Assembly: GCF_003334255.1 (NCBI RefSeq)
Contig: NZ_QOWU01000006.1
DNA: 64,000 nucleotides
Source: Escherichia coli
GTDB lineage: Bacteria; Pseudomonadota; Gammaproteobacteria; Enterobacterales; Enterobacteriaceae
Reading direction: 5' to 3' (one strand)
Shown: positions 1-13,042 of the stretch, one piece after another
Layout: the number at the start of each line of letters is the position of its first letter
Numbering within the stretch: position 1 is the first letter of the stretch
Notes under the pieces: generated by a model
What the model was told of the DNA's origin: nothing
Databases searched by the model: none
What the model saw: only the letters and a program-made list of their open reading frames with translations
Translations under genes and position numbers: made by a program

Positions 1-619
1 TCAGCGTCAGCAGGCCGTTAACGACCAGGTAAATAATCCCTGCCGCACCGAACACCATTACATCGTAGGTGCGTCCGTACAACAACTGGCTGTATCCCAT
101 CACTTCCATCAGCGTAATGGTGTATGCCAGAGAGGTACTTTTGAATACCAGCACCACTTCGTTGGAATAAGAAGAGAGCGAGCGTTTAAAGGCATACGGC
201 AGCAGGATCGCCAGCGTATCTTTTTTGCTCATTCCCAGGGCGCTACAGGACTGCCACTGACCTTCCGGGATCGCACGAATTGCACCGTAAAACAGCTGCG
301 TGGTATACGCCGCACTATTCAGCGACAACGCAATCAGCGCACATAACCACGGTTCTGACAACAAATGCCACAGTGCCGGATACTCCTGCAAAGTCGGAAA
401 CTGGCCCGGCCCGTAATAAATCAGGAAGATCTGCACCAGCAGCGGCGTACCGGTAAACAGCGTGATATAACCCCGCACCAGCCACACCAGCACCGGCGTT
501 TTCAGCGTCAGGATGATGGTAAAAATCAATGCCAGAATCAGTGCCACAATCAGCGAGGCAACGGTTAGCGTCAGGCTGGTGTGTAGCCCTTTCATCAGTT
601 CGGGTAAATACTCAAACAT
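1..619 (-). CDS. artM: Arginine ABC transporter permease ArtM (3' end cut by window edge)
   Basis: Minus-strand frame from ATG at 617-619 translates [13 protein letters not shown]...; start overlaps artQ stop; expected operon position. Confidence 0.85.
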   Translation of the reverse strand, partial: MFEYLPELMKGLHTSLTLTVASLIVALILALIFTIILTLKTPVLVWLVRGYITLFTGTPLLVQIFLIYYGPGQFPTLQEYPALWHLLSEPWLCALIALSLNSAAYTTQLFYGAIRAIPEGQWQSCSALGMSKKDTLAILLPYAFKRSLSSYSNEVVLVFKSTSLAYTITLMEVMGYSQLLYGRTYDVMVFGAAGIIYLVVNGLLTL

Positions 620-1335
620 TAGCTGGGCCTCCGCTCAAAACGTGTCGCGCGCAGGTCAATGCGTTTGAGAATGTACTGACTGAGCAGGGTGATCACCAGG
701 TAAATCGCCGCCGCCACAATGTACCAGGTAAATGGTTCCTGGGTACGAGTAGCGATGCTTTTTGTTTGCAGCATTAAATCATTCACACTAATCAAACTGA
801 CCAGCGCGGTATCTTTCAGCAGCACCAGCCACTGGTTACCGAGGCCAGGCAGCGCATGACGCCACATCTGCGGCATCACCAGACGGAAAAAGATAGCCGA
901 TTTCGACAGCCCCAGCGCCTGACCAGACTCCCACTGACCCACCGGCACCGCTTTCAACGCGCCCCGAAGCGTTTGCGAGGCATAGGCGGCATACAGCAGT
1001 GACAGAGCGATGACACCACAAAGGAACGGGCTAACGTCGAAGTTCTCAATGTCCATCTGCACTGGGATCTGCACGAACCCAAGATTGATAGTGAAGCCAT
1101 CCGAAAGCGTCAGCAGCAGCTGCGAGGAGCCAAAATAGATAAACAGCACCACCAGAATTTCTGGCAGGCCACGCAGAATGGTTACCAGCGCTGAACCTGC
1201 CCACGCGACAGGACGCCATTTTGCCGACTCCCATACCGCAAAGAACATCGCCAGCGCCAGCCCGACAATCAATGCACAAACGGCAAGGCCGACGGTCATC
1301 CCGGCGGCGCTTGCTAAAGGAAAAAATTCATTCAT
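619..1335 (-). CDS. artQ: Arginine ABC transporter permease ArtQ
   Basis: 238-aa ORF, polytopic membrane protein; operon context artP-artI-artQ-artM. Confidence 0.9.
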
Positions 1336-1341
1336 CAGGAA

Positions 1342-2073
1342 TTACTTCTGGAACCATTTGTTGTAGATGGTTTCGTAAGTGCCATCTTTCTTCACTTTTT
1401 CCAGCGCAGTGTTGAGTTTCTGCTGCAGCTCAGTGTTGCCCTGACGTACCGCGATGCCGAGGCCAGTGCCGAAGTAATCTTTATCGGTCACTTTGTCGCC
1501 CACCGCCGCCAGTTTCGGGTTATCTTTCAGCCACTCAGTGACCACTGCGGTGTCACCGAAGACGCCGTCGATACGCCCGTTTTGCAGATCCAGTTTTGCG
1601 TTCTGGTAGCTGTCATACGGAACGGTAGTGATTTCCGGGTGCTTATCCATAATGAATTTCTGGTGTGTCGTCCCGTTCTGTACGCCGACTTTTTTGCCTT
1701 TCAGCTGATCAACACTGGTGTATTTGCCTTGCTGACCCACAAACAGGGCAGAGTTGTCATAGTACGGGGTGGTAAACAGCACCTGCTTTTCACGCTCCGG
1801 AGTGATATCCATGCCCGCCATCACGGCTTCTACGCGACGGAATTTCAGGCTTGGGATCAGGCTGTCAAACGCCTGGTTAGAGAAAGTGCAGGTTGCATCA
1901 ATCTCTTTACACAGCGCTTGTGCCAGGTCGACGTCAAAACCAACGATCTGGTTGTTTGCATCAATCGATTCAAACGGAGGATAGGAGGCTTCGGTAGCAA
2001 AACGAATGGTTTCGGCAGCTGTGGCGGAAAGACTAAAACCTGCAATTAACGCGGCAATCAGAACTTTTTTCAT
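1342..2073 (-). CDS. artI: Arginine-binding periplasmic protein ArtI
   Basis: 243-aa ORF with signal peptide MKKVLIAALIAGFSLSATA; solute-binding protein family. Confidence 0.9.
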   Translation of the reverse strand: MKKVLIAALIAGFSLSATAAETIRFATEASYPPFESIDANNQIVGFDVDLAQALCKEIDATCTFSNQAFDSLIPSLKFRRVEAVMAGMDITPEREKQVLFTTPYYDNSALFVGQQGKYTSVDQLKGKKVGVQNGTTHQKFIMDKHPEITTVPYDSYQNAKLDLQNGRIDGVFGDTAVVTEWLKDNPKLAAVGDKVTDKDYFGTGLGIAVRQGNTELQQKLNTALEKVKKDGTYETIYNKWFQK

Positions 2074-2090
2074 TGTTGTTATCCCGAATC

Positions 2091-2819
2091 TTAGTGAGAG
2101 AGATAGTTTTTAAATGCTTCGGTTTGCGGCTCGGTAAAGCAGCTCGCGTCGCCTTGTTCTACGATATGACCATTTTCCATATACACCACTCGGCTGGCGG
2201 TTTTACGCGCCACTTCAACTTCGTGGGTGACGATCACCTGGGTAATATTCGTTTCTGCCAGCTCACGAATGATGCTGACGATTTGTGCCGTAATTTCCGG
2301 GTCCAGTGCGGCGGTCGGTTCATCGAACAGCAGTACCTGCGGTTCCATCATCAACGCACGGGCAATAGCAACACGCTGCTGCTGACCACCAGAAAGATGC
2401 AGCGGGTAACGATCGCTATAAGGTTTGAGACGCAGACGTTCCAGCAGTTTTTCTGCACGGGCCAGCGCCTGATCTTTACTCAACCCCAGTACACGGCAGG
2501 GCGCTTCAATCAGGTTTTGCTGCACGGTCAGATGCGGCCACAGGTTGTATTGCTGAAACACCATGCCAACGTTACGACGCAAATCGCGAATCGCTTTGTC
2601 AGAGGGTGTTTTGGTGAAATCGAAATGGTTGCCTGCAATGTTGAGCGTACCGGAGCGCGGCATCTCAAGCAGATTGAGTACACGCAGCAGCGAGCTTTTA
2701 CCCGCGCCGCTGGGGCCAAGTAACACCAGCGTTTCGCCCTGTGGGCAATCCAGCGTGATATCGAACAGCGCCTGATGCGCGCCGTAGAAGCAATTAATGC
2801 CGTTTAATTGAATACTCAT
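2091..2819 (-). CDS. artP: Arginine ABC transporter ATP-binding protein ArtP
   Basis: Walker [18 protein letters not shown] signature; start set at internal ATG (MSIQLNG...) rather than longest ORF. Confidence 0.9.
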
Positions 2820-3036
2820 TGACACTCGTATACTGGCAGTCTGATAGCTATTGAGGTCGAAGATAGTACCTTTGACAGAATAATTATGCAATATTTCTGC
2901 TTTAAAAGTTAAAAGCAAAGCGCATTATTCAATAAACATAGCACAAAATAACGGGGGCGGTGGTCGGCGAGCATAAATGTCGGCATTCCTCACGAAATGC
3001 CGGACAATTTACGGGGTTTATTGGTTGATCAAGGCG

Positions 3037-3552
3037 TTAGCGATTCTCGATGGACTGACGGAGCGTACCCGCCGTGGCATGAACGCTACCGCCTAAGTAA
3101 CGCACATCGTCGATGACCCAACACTGGCCTTCCTGAATCATTAACACTTCATCCTGCCAACCCTGGTCACCCTGTTTGAGATCCACGCGCAATGGAATGT
3201 TACGGGCATCACGATTAGGGATAGTCGATGCACTGGCAACGTGGGCGCTATCTGGCAAGGTGGTTCGACTGGAGAATGGATCGTTGGTCAGTAGTTCCCG
3301 ATGGTTATTATCCTGGGAGGCATCGCTAAGCAGTGTCGCCAGTTTGTCGCTCAGATAAGGGCGCAAGGCGGTGATGTCGTTGCTGCGGTGCAAAATGCGG
3401 TAGTCATAAAATTGCTGGGCCACGTTATCCGGGCCTCCTTCAACGCAAGGACCACTGCGTGTGCCGTTATCTTTATAAGCTGGAGTGACTGTGGTGCAGG
3501 CACTGAGGAGCAGTGCGCAGGGGATAAGCATTGTCAATTTGCTGTAGCGCAT
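3037..3552 (-). CDS. ybjP: Lipoprotein YbjP
   Basis: 171 aa, lipobox LLLSAC near N-terminus. Confidence 0.85.
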   Translation of the reverse strand: MRYSKLTMLIPCALLLSACTTVTPAYKDNGTRSGPCVEGGPDNVAQQFYDYRILHRSNDITALRPYLSDKLATLLSDASQDNNHRELLTNDPFSSRTTLPDSAHVASASTIPNRDARNIPLRVDLKQGDQGWQDEVLMIQEGQCWVIDDVRYLGGSVHATAGTLRQSIENR

Positions 3553-3677
3553 AATGATTTCCTTATAAGCGATCGCTCTGAAAGCGTTCTACGATAATAA
3601 TGATATCCTTTCAATAATAGCGTATCAGTCTGATAATGCTTTTGAGATCGAAGGCTTAGCAAACAAGGAGATCGATC

Positions 3678-4001
3678 ATGCAATTTTCTACAACCCCAAC
3701 TCTGGAAGGCCAGACCATCGTTGAATATTGCGGTGTGGTGACCGGCGAAGCGATTTTAGGTGCCAATATTTTCCGTGATTTCTTTGCCGGTATCCGCGAT
3801 ATCGTTGGCGGACGTTCCGGTGCGTATGAAAAAGAACTGCGTAAAGCACGGGAGATCGCCTTTGAGGAATTAGGCTCCCAGGCGCGGGCGCTGGGGGCCG
3901 ATGCCGTCGTCGGTATTGATATCGACTACGAAACGGTCGGGCAAAACGGCAGTATGCTGATGGTTAGCGTCAGCGGTACGGCGGTGAAAACGCGTCGATG
4001 A
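3678..4001 (+). CDS. ybjQ: UPF0145-family protein YbjQ
   Basis: 107-aa [20 protein letters not shown]...; conserved position. Confidence 0.85.
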
Positions 4002-4828
4002 GAAGATTCTTCTGGCTGGTCGCTGCCGCTCTGTTATTGGCAGGGTGTGCAGGCGAAAAAGGCATTGTCGAGAAAGAGGGATATCAGCTTGATACCCGAC
4101 GCCAGGCGCAGGCGGCGTATCCGCGCATTAAAGTGCTGGTGATCCACTACACCGCAGATGATTTTGATAGCTCGCTGGCGACACTGACCGATAAGCAGGT
4201 CAGCTCGCATTATCTGGTCCCTGCGGTACCACCGCGATACAACGGTAAACCGCGCATCTGGCAACTGGTGCCGGAACAAGAACTGGCCTGGCATGCGGGG
4301 ATTAGCGCCTGGCGCGGGGCAACGCGCCTTAACGACACCTCTATTGGCATTGAGCTGGAAAACCGTGGCTGGCAAAAATCGGCCGGAGTGAAATATTTTG
4401 CCCCGTTTGAACCGGCACAGATTCAGGCGCTTATTCCACTGGCGAAAGATATTATTGCCCGTTATCACATCAAGCCGGAAAACGTAGTGGCACATGCGGA
4501 TATCGCACCGCAGCGCAAAGACGATCCGGGGCCATTATTTCCCTGGCAGCAACTGGCGCAGCAGGGGATTGGTGCCTGGCCGGATGCGCAGCGGGTTAAC
4601 TTTTACCTTGCCGGGCGCGCGCCGCACACACCGGTAGATACCGCGTCATTGCTGGAGCTTTTGGCGCGCTACGGTTATGACGTTAAACCTGATATGACAC
4701 CGCGCGAGCAGCGGCGCGTGATTATGGCATTCCAGATGCATTTCCGCCCGACGTTATATAACGGCGAAGCGGATGCAGAAACTCAGGCGATTGCCGAAGC
4801 ATTGCTGGAGAAATACGGGCAGGATTAG
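3998..4828 (+). CDS. amiD: N-acetylmuramoyl-L-alanine amidase lipoprotein AmiD
   Basis: 276 aa, lipobox LLLAGC, amidase_2-like region; overlaps ybjQ stop. Confidence 0.85.
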
Positions 4829-5838
4829 CGCGGCAGTTTTCCGTGGTCGCGTAGCCAGGCGGCAGTTTTCTCGATACCTTCATCCAGGGTGATGACCGGC
4901 TGATAACCTAACTCTTCCTGCGCACGCGTAATATCCAGCGTAAAGTCAAAATTCAACTTGGAGACGCCGTAGTGGGTCAGCGGCGGCTCTTTTGCTGACT
5001 TGCGGCCTAAACGCTCCATGCTGCGGGCGATCATATCCAGCATCGGGTAGGGGACGGAACGAATACGACAGTCAATATTCAACTCGTCGATCAGCTTCTG
5101 CACGATGCTGCGCAGTGTGCGATGCTCGCCGTTGGTGATGTTGTACACACGCCCGGAAGGTAGCTTATCGCAGGCTTCCTGGCTTGCCAGCCACATTGCG
5201 TGCACGGCATTTTCATAGTAGGTCATATCGACCAGCGCACTGCCGCCATGCGGTAACAGAATACTGCCGTAGTGGTGCATCATATGCGCCAGACGGGGAA
5301 TAAAGACTTTATCGTGCGGTCCGAACAGACTTTGTGGGCGCAGAATAGTAAAGCGCGTTTGTGGATTCGCCTGCGAAAGCATATTGATCACTTCTTCGCT
5401 GGCTGCTTTGCTGCGGGCAAACTCGTTGGCGAAGCGGTGAGGGCGAAAATCTTCTTTAATATCGCGATGGTGGTGATAATCGAAGTACAGGGAGGGGGAA
5501 GAGATATGAATAAAGTTACGCACACCCCAGGCGACAGCCCATTCACCCAGGCGGCGAGTGGCGCGAACGTTAGCCAGATCGAAAGCCTGTTGTGTCCCCC
5601 AGGGTGAGGTAAAGCTGGAGCAGTGCCACAGCGTATCAATGCCCGCGAGCATCACTTTAGCTTGTGATGAAACCAGCTCGGTCAGATCCGCCGGAACAAA
5701 CTCTGCGCCCATTTTTTCCAGCAATTTGCCCATTGCCTCGTTGCGACCGGTCGCTCGCACGCTGATGCCTTTCTGGCATAAAAACTCTACCGCGTTTCGA
5801 CCTAAGCCGCTGGTGGCGCCGGTAACCAGTACCTTCAT
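4825..5838 (-). CDS. ybjS: NAD-dependent epimerase/dehydratase family protein YbjS
   Basis: Rossmann motif [11 protein letters not shown]; start set at internal ATG (MKVLVTG). Confidence 0.85.
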   Translation of the reverse strand: MKVLVTGATSGLGRNAVEFLCQKGISVRATGRNEAMGKLLEKMGAEFVPADLTELVSSQAKVMLAGIDTLWHCSSFTSPWGTQQAFDLANVRATRRLGEWAVAWGVRNFIHISSPSLYFDYHHHRDIKEDFRPHRFANEFARSKAASEEVINMLSQANPQTRFTILRPQSLFGPHDKVFIPRLAHMMHHYGSILLPHGGSALVDMTYYENAVHAMWLASQEACDKLPSGRVYNITNGEHRTLRSIVQKLIDELNIDCRIRSVPYPMLDMIARSMERLGRKSAKEPPLTHYGVSKLNFDFTLDITRAQEELGYQPVITLDEGIEKTAAWLRDHGKLPR

Positions 5839-5936
5839 ATCAATCCACTGTTGTTGAGAAAATAACGTGCGCATTCTTCCGTGATTTCCCCCATGATGCA
5901 ATGGGAAACATGAAAGAATAACGCAGGTTTTGTCGA

Positions 5937-7367
5937 TTAATCTGTGCTTTGTTCTGCCAGTCTGGCGATTTGTTTTGCCATTCCGCGAAAAATAAACAGA
6001 TGCGCGGGGATCATCAATAACCAGTAAAACAGCCCCGGCATACCGTGCGGATGCCAGAAAGCGCGGACATCGATAGTACGATAGTCGCCTTTATCTTCCA
6101 GGCTAAAACACAGTCGTCCCAGCCCCGGCGCTTTCATGCCAAATAACAACGTAAGTTGTTTTTCCGGTTCAACGACAATCACTTTCCAGCTATCCACCGC
6201 ATCGCCAGTCTGTAAATATTCGCGCTCCGGGCGGCCTTTCGCCAGCTTATGACCGATCGCGCGGTCCATCAACGCCCGTGTCTGCCACAAAATATTGCCA
6301 AAGAAATAACGCTCTTTACCGCCGATTTGGTTCACTACCTGCCATAAAGCAGCAAGGCTGGCGGACGTTTTAACGGTAAACCCCGCCTGTTTGGCAAAAT
6401 AACCGTACTCCGGTCGCCAGCGGGCAAAGGCCTGAGCGTCGTAGCCCCAGTCGCTGGAGTTGACCAGTTTTTCCTCCTCTTTCAACGTGCTACGTACCGC
6501 GTCATCGAAAGCGATCAGCCGTTGTGGGATGAGTGCACGTAGCGCGGTATCATCCGCCAGCAGATCGTGTTTCAGCCCCTGAATCAACGCCCTGGCGGTG
6601 GTGGGCGGTACGGAAGTAATCACATTGAGAAACCACACCGAAATCCAGCGGGTGGGGAGGGGGATGGGGATCAACCAGCGGCGCTTACCGCTCACCGCCA
6701 TAAAATGTTCAAACTGTTGCTGATAACTGAGCACCTCTGGTCCGGCGGCTTCGAAGATGCGGTGTTCGCTGGCCGGATGATCTAACAACGCAACCAGATA
6801 GTGCAGCAAGTTTTCCAGCGCAATGGGCGTGGTGCGTGAACGAACCCAGCGCGGAGGCGTTAAGACTGGCAGGTTGTAGACCATATCGCGCATGACTTCG
6901 AACGCCGCGGAACCTGCGCCAACGATAATTCCGGCCCGCAGTTCGGTCACGGGTACATTCGCTTCACGCAGAATGTCCGCCGTAGCCTGACGAGCACGCA
7001 GATGATCCGACTGCTCATGTGGCGGGGCCTGCAACGAACTAAGAAAGATTAATTGCTTAACTGGTACTTCACGTAGCGCATCGCGGACGTTGAGAGCCAC
7101 CTGGCGCTCCTGAGCGATAAAATCGCCGCCTTCGCCCATGCTGTGCACCAGAAAATAGACCGTATCGATATCCTGCAACAGGGCCGGTAGGTTATCCGGC
7201 CAGCTGAGATCGACTTTATGGCAACTGACGTTTGCCAGTTGCAGCTTTGCAAGCCTGTCGACATGACGTGCCGCCGCCAGGATCTGATGCCCTTGCTGGC
7301 TGAGTGTGCGCACCAGATGCTGACCAATGTAGCCACTGGCACCGAGAACTAAAATGCGTTGCGGCAC
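5937..7367 (-). CDS. ybjT: NAD(P)-binding protein YbjT
   Basis: Rossmann motif [12 protein letters not shown]; probable GTG start with AAGGAG upstream. Confidence 0.8.
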
Positions 7368-7377
7368 GTCTCTCTCC

Positions 7378-8379
7378 TTAACGCGCCAGGAATGCACGCC
7401 AGTGGGCGGCGACTTCCGCCAGTTGTTCGCGCGAGACGTCAAGATGCGTCACCAGGCGGACAATCGGCGAGGCGTTAATCAGCACGTTTCTCGCTTTCAT
7501 GTATTCGCCTAACGCGGCAGCATTTTCTTCCCCGACGCGAACAAACAGCATATTGGTGTCCTGACGCATCACATCCGCGCCTGCTTCACGCAGCTGCTCC
7601 GCCATCCAGGCAGCGTTGTCGTGGTCTTCCTGCAAGCGCGCAACGTTATTTTTCAGGGCATATATCCCGGCGGCAGCCAGAATGCCGGACTGGCGCATCC
7701 CGCCACCTGTCATTTTCCGCCAGCGAATGGCACGTTTAATGTAATCACGATTACCGACGAGTAATGAACCGACTGGCGTCCCAAGACCTTTCGACAGGCA
7801 AATGGTGAACGAATCACAATATTGCGTGATCTCTTTCAGTTCGCAGCCGTAAGCCACCACGGCATTAAAGATGCGCGCACCGTCAACATGCAGCGCCAGA
7901 TTGCGCTCGCGGGTAAATTCCCATGCTTCTTTCAGGTATTCCCGCGGCAACACTTTGCCGTTGTGGGTGTTTTCCAGACTGAGTAATTTGGTGCGGGCGA
8001 AATGGATATCGTCGGGTTTGATTTTCATCGCCACTTTATCCAGCGGTAGCGTGCCGTCGGCAGCCGCGTCTATGGGTTGCGGTTGAATACTGCCCAGCAC
8101 CGCCGCGCCACCGGCTTCAAACAGATAGTTATGCGCGGCCTGACCGACAATATACTCTTCGCCGCGTTCGCAGTGACTGAGCAGAGCGACCAGGTTGGCC
8201 TGAGTGCCGGTAGGCAGAAAAATGGCGGCTTCTTTACCGGAAAGCTCTGCTGCGTAGTCCTGCAGAGCATTAACGGTAGGGTCGTCTCCGTAAACGTCGT
8301 CCCCAACCGGGGCGGCCATCATCGCTTCGAGCATGGCGCGGCTTGGTCGGGTAACGGTATCACTGCGTAAATCAATCAT
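7378..8379 (-). CDS. ltaE: Low-specificity L-threonine aldolase
   Basis: 333-aa [16 protein letters not shown]..., PLP-dependent aldolase family. Confidence 0.9.
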   Translation of the reverse strand: MIDLRSDTVTRPSRAMLEAMMAAPVGDDVYGDDPTVNALQDYAAELSGKEAAIFLPTGTQANLVALLSHCERGEEYIVGQAAHNYLFEAGGAAVLGSIQPQPIDAAADGTLPLDKVAMKIKPDDIHFARTKLLSLENTHNGKVLPREYLKEAWEFTRERNLALHVDGARIFNAVVAYGCELKEITQYCDSFTICLSKGLGTPVGSLLVGNRDYIKRAIRWRKMTGGGMRQSGILAAAGIYALKNNVARLQEDHDNAAWMAEQLREAGADVMRQDTNMLFVRVGEENAAALGEYMKARNVLINASPIVRLVTHLDVSREQLAEVAAHWRAFLAR

Positions 8380-8415
8380 GGCATGTCCTTATTATGACGG
8401 GAAATGCCACCCTTT

Positions 8416-10134
8416 TTACCTTAGCCAGTTTGTTTTCGCCAGTTCGATCACTTCATCACCGCGTCCGCTGATGATTGCGCGCAGCATATACAGGCTGAAA
8501 CCTTTGGCCTGTTCGAGTTTGATCTGCGGTGGAATGGCTAACTCTTCTTTGGCGACCACCACATCCACCAACACCGGACCGTCGATGGAGAAGGCGCGTT
8601 GCAGGGCTTCATCAACTTCAGACGCTTTTTCTACACGGATACCCGTAATGCCGCACGCTTCGGCAATGCGGGCAAAGTTTGTGTCGTGTAGTTCGGTGCC
8701 GTCAGTCAAATAGCCACCAGCTTTCATCTCCATCGCCACAAAGCCCAGCACGCTGTTGTTAAAGACGACAATTTTCACTGGCAGTTTCATCTGCACTACT
8801 GAGAGGAAATCGCCCATCAACATGCTAAAACCGCCATCGCCGCACATGGCGACCACCTGACGTTCTGGCTCTGTCGCCTGCGCACCCAGCGCCTGCGGCA
8901 TGGCGTTAGCCATCGAACCGTGGTTAAACGAACCTAACAGGCGACGCTTGCCGTTCATTTTTAGATAACGTGCCGCCCACACCGTTGGCGTACCAACGTC
9001 ACAGGTGAAAATAGCGTCATCGGCGGCAAAATGACTAATTTGCTGCGCCAGATATTGCGGGTGAATGGCTTTCTCGCTCGGTTTAGCTAAATCGTCCAGC
9101 CCTTTGCGGGCGTCGCGGTAATCTTCCAGCGCTTTATCCAGAAACTTGCGATCGGCTTTTTCTTCCACCAATGGAAGCAATGCACGCAGAGTCGACTTGA
9201 TATCGCCGACCAGTGCCATATCCACCTTGCTGTGAGCGCCGATGCTGGCTGGGTTGATATCAATCTGAATGATTTTGGCATCGGTCGGGTAGAAGGCGCG
9301 GTAGGGAAATTGCGTGCCGAGTAGCACTAACGTGTCGGCGTTCATCATGGTATGGAAACCTGACGAGAAGCCGATTAACCCGGTCATTCCAACATCATAC
9401 GGATTATCGTATTCGACATGTTCTTTACCGCGCAGGGCATGAACAATAGGCGCTTTAATTTTCCCGGCAAACTCAACTAACTCTTTATGCGCCCCCGCGC
9501 AGCCGCTGCCACACATCAGGGCGATATTGCTGGAATAACGCAGCAGTTGCGCCAGTTTGCGTAACTCTTCTTCTTCCGGCGTCACGACTGGTTGTGGCGC
9601 ATGATACCAGTGCATGGTTGCCCCTTCTGGCGCAGGTTTTAACGCCACGTCGCCTGGTAACACGACAACCGAAACGCCACGGTTAAGCACCGCTTTGCGC
9701 ATGGCAATCGCCAGTACTTGTGGGATCTGCTCCGGGCTGGAAACCAGCTCGCAATAGTGACTACATTCGCGGAATAGCTCTTGTGGGTGGGTTTCCTGGA
9801 AATAGCCGCTGCCAATTTCGCTGGAGGGAATATGAGCGGCAATCGCCAGTACCGGAACGTGATTGCGGTGGCAATCGAACAGGCCGTTGATTAAGTGCAG
9901 GTTGCCGGGGCCGCACGATCCGGCGCAGACCGCCAGTTCTCCGCTAAGTTGTGCTTCAGCGCCAGCGGCAAAGGCCGCCACTTCTTCGTGGCGGGTGGAC
10001 ATCCACTCGATGGTGCCCATGCGATTAAGACTGTCACTAAGACCGTTCAGAGAGTCGCCTGTGACTCCCCAGATGCGTTTCACCCCTGCCGATTCGAGTG
10101 TTTTGGCGATATAAGCTGCAACCGTTTGTTTCAT
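8416..10134 (-). CDS. poxB: Pyruvate oxidase (ubiquinone-dependent pyruvate dehydrogenase)
   Basis: 572 aa, thiamine-diphosphate enzyme family. Confidence 0.9.
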
Positions 10135-10266
10135 GGTTCTCCATCTCCTGAATGTGATAACGGTAACAAGTTTAGTTCATCTGACGGAGGGGGAAGGGAT
10201 GGGAGAGAAAGGAGGCACTAACGGTTAAATAGCCCGATGAAAGGAATATCATCGGGCATAAGGCGA

Positions 10267-11235
10267 TTATGCGAGAACCAAATCCCCCTGCGGATGGCAG
10301 GAGCAGGCCAGTACGTAACCTTCAGCGATTTCGGCGTCGGTCAGCGTCATTGTGCTGCTCACCGTATATTCACCGGAAACCACTTTTGTCTTACAGCAGC
10401 CGCAAACACCCGCACGGCAGGCAGCGACAACCGGAACGTTATTGCTTTCCAGCGCCTCCAGTAGCGTGGTGCCAACCGGGGCGTAAAATTCTCGTGCCGG
10501 TTGCAGTTTGGTGAATTTCAGACCGCTGGTCGCCGCTTCTGCTACTGGGGTGAAGAATTTCTCTTTAAAGAAACGCGTCACGCCGAGCGCTTTCACTTCC
10601 TGCTCTACCCAATCCATATACGGAGCCGGGCCGCAGGTCATCACGGTACGTGAAGCTAAGTCAGGTACACCTGCCAGCAGTTCGCGAGTGAGACGACCAG
10701 CGATAAAGCCTTCGGTAACGTTATTTTCTGCCACCAGCGTTACCGGATAGTTACGCCACTCATCGGCGAAAATAACATCCTGCGGCGTACGCACGTTGTA
10801 GATCACCCGCACATCGGCCTGTGGACGGTTCTTCGCAAGCCAGCGACGCATCGACATAATCGGCGTGACGCCGCAGCCTGCCGCCAGCAACAGGAATTTA
10901 TCTTCTGCTTTATCGTCGCAGGTAAATTCCCCCATCGCGTCCGAAAGCCAGAGATAATCACCGCGTTTTACATCGCGCGTCAGCCACTGGGAGCCGACAC
11001 CGTCATCAATCCGCCGCACGGTCAGGGTGATATATTCACTCACGCCTGGCGTGGAGGAAATGGTGTAAGCACGCAGCGTTTCCGCTGAGTTTCGCACGCT
11101 GACCAGTGCATATTGCCCGGCGCGATATGGGTAGTAATCGTGGCAAATCAGGGAAATCGTCCACACATCCGGCGTTTCTTGCGTAATGTGATGAACCTGC
11201 ATCCGCCACGGGCATTGATTCGTTGGCATCGTCAT
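10267..11235 (-). CDS. hcr: NADH oxidoreductase Hcr
   Basis: FAD/NAD-binding and C-terminal 2Fe-2S ferredoxin cysteines; directly downstream of hcp. Confidence 0.9.
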   Translation of the reverse strand: MTMPTNQCPWRMQVHHITQETPDVWTISLICHDYYPYRAGQYALVSVRNSAETLRAYTISSTPGVSEYITLTVRRIDDGVGSQWLTRDVKRGDYLWLSDAMGEFTCDDKAEDKFLLLAAGCGVTPIMSMRRWLAKNRPQADVRVIYNVRTPQDVIFADEWRNYPVTLVAENNVTEGFIAGRLTRELLAGVPDLASRTVMTCGPAPYMDWVEQEVKALGVTRFFKEKFFTPVAEAATSGLKFTKLQPAREFYAPVGTTLLEALESNNVPVVAACRAGVCGCCKTKVVSGEYTVSSTMTLTDAEIAEGYVLACSCHPQGDLVLA

Positions 11236-11246
11236 CGACAAACTCC

Positions 11247-12899
11247 TTACGCGCTCAACAGTTGCTTCATGTCTTCTTCAACAGTGGTGATAGAACGCAG
11301 GCCGAATTTCTCGTTCAGCACCGCCAGCAGGTCTGGTGTCAGGAAACCAGGTGCAGTCGGGCCGGTGACGATATTTTTCACGCCCAGAGAAAGCAGCGTC
11401 AGCAGAATGACGATCGCTTTCTGTTCAAACCAGGAGAGCACCAGCGACAGCGGCAGATCGTTGACACCGCAGCCCAGTTTCTCTGCCAGAGTGACAGCCA
11501 GAATAATCGCTGAGTAAGCATCGTTACATTGACCTGCATCTACCAGACGCGGCAGACCTTCGATATCGCCAAACTCAAGTTTGTTAAAGCGATATTTACC
11601 ACAGGCGAGGGTCAGGATCAGGCAGTCATCCGGCACGCTGGTGGCGAAATCGGTGAAGTAGTGGCGCTCGCCGCGTGCGCCGTCACAGCCACCAAGCAGG
11701 AAGATATGACGCAGTTTTTCACGGCTCACCAGATCAATCAGCGTATCAGCAGCGCCAAGCAGCGTCTGGCGACCAAAACCCACGGTGATAAGGTGCGGAA
11801 TTTCGCTGTACGGGAAGCCTGCCATCTGTTGCGCCTGGGTGATAACCGCAGAGAAATCATCACCGTCCAGATGACGCACGCCAGGCCAGCCAACAATGCT
11901 GCGGGTCCAGATACGATCGTCATAAGCGCCTACGGTTGGGTCGATGATGCAGTTCGAGGTCATCACGATGGGGCCAGGGAAACGAGCGAACTCCACTTGC
12001 TGATTCTGCCAGCCGCTGCCGTAGTTACCGACCAGATGCTTGAATTTACGCAGCTCCGGGTAGCCATGCGCAGGCAGCATTTCGCCGTGGGTGTAGACAT
12101 TAACGCCCGTGCCTTCGGTCTGTTCCAGCAGGTTGTAGAGATCTTTGAGATCGTGACCGGAAATCAGAATGCATTTACCCGCCGTCGCTTTGACGTTGAC
12201 CTGGGTTGGCGTCGGGTGACCGTATTTACCGGTTTCGCCTGCATCCAGAATGCTCATCACTTTGAAGTTCATCTGGCCGATTTCCATTGAACACTCAAGA
12301 AGCGCGTTCATATCGGCAGGCCAGGTCCCCAGCCACGCCATGATTTTATGGTACTGGGCATAAATATCGTTGTCGTATTGACCGAGAACATGCGCGTGTT
12401 CCATATAGGCCGCCGCACCTTTCAGGCCATACAGGCACAGCAGACGCAGGCCGAGAATGTTTTCGCCAATCGCCGCTTTATCTTTGTTAGGGGTAAATTC
12501 TGCTGCCTGACGTTGCAGCTCGCCGAGATCGTCGCTCACCAGTTGCAGGTCAGCCATCGGGTTATCGACGCGCGCGTTGGCATCTACAGCCAGGCATTGC
12601 GCTTTCAGCGCCTCGCGCAGGGCAATCGCTTCACGAGCGTAGCCGACAATACGCGGAGAATCGAAGTTAACGTTGGTCAGGGTTGAGAAAAAGGCACGTG
12701 GCGCGAAGCTGTCAACATCGTGGTTGATGATGCCGTATTCACGCGCTTTTACCGCCCAGGCAGAAAGCCCTTGCAGCGCCGCGATGAGTAAATCCTGAAG
12801 GTCAGAAGTTTCCGCCGTTTTACCACACATCCCCTGCGCGTATGAGCAGCCGTTTCCTGCCGGAGTACGGATAGTTTGTTCACATTGCACACAAAACAT
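11247..12899 (-). CDS. hcp: Hybrid-cluster protein (hydroxylamine reductase)
   Basis: N-terminal cysteine cluster MFCVQCEQT...; ~550 aa. Confidence 0.9.
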
Positions 12900-13042
12900 G
12901 ATCACACCTTTTAAAGTTATATTTAATATACATGTTTAAGGTTAAGACGCTTAACGCGGGGATAAAAGGGATTTTTCATGCAACTTTAAGGGAGATTGAT
13001 TTAGCGCAATTTTGGCGGCAGGGATCTACCGCCAGAGAGGTA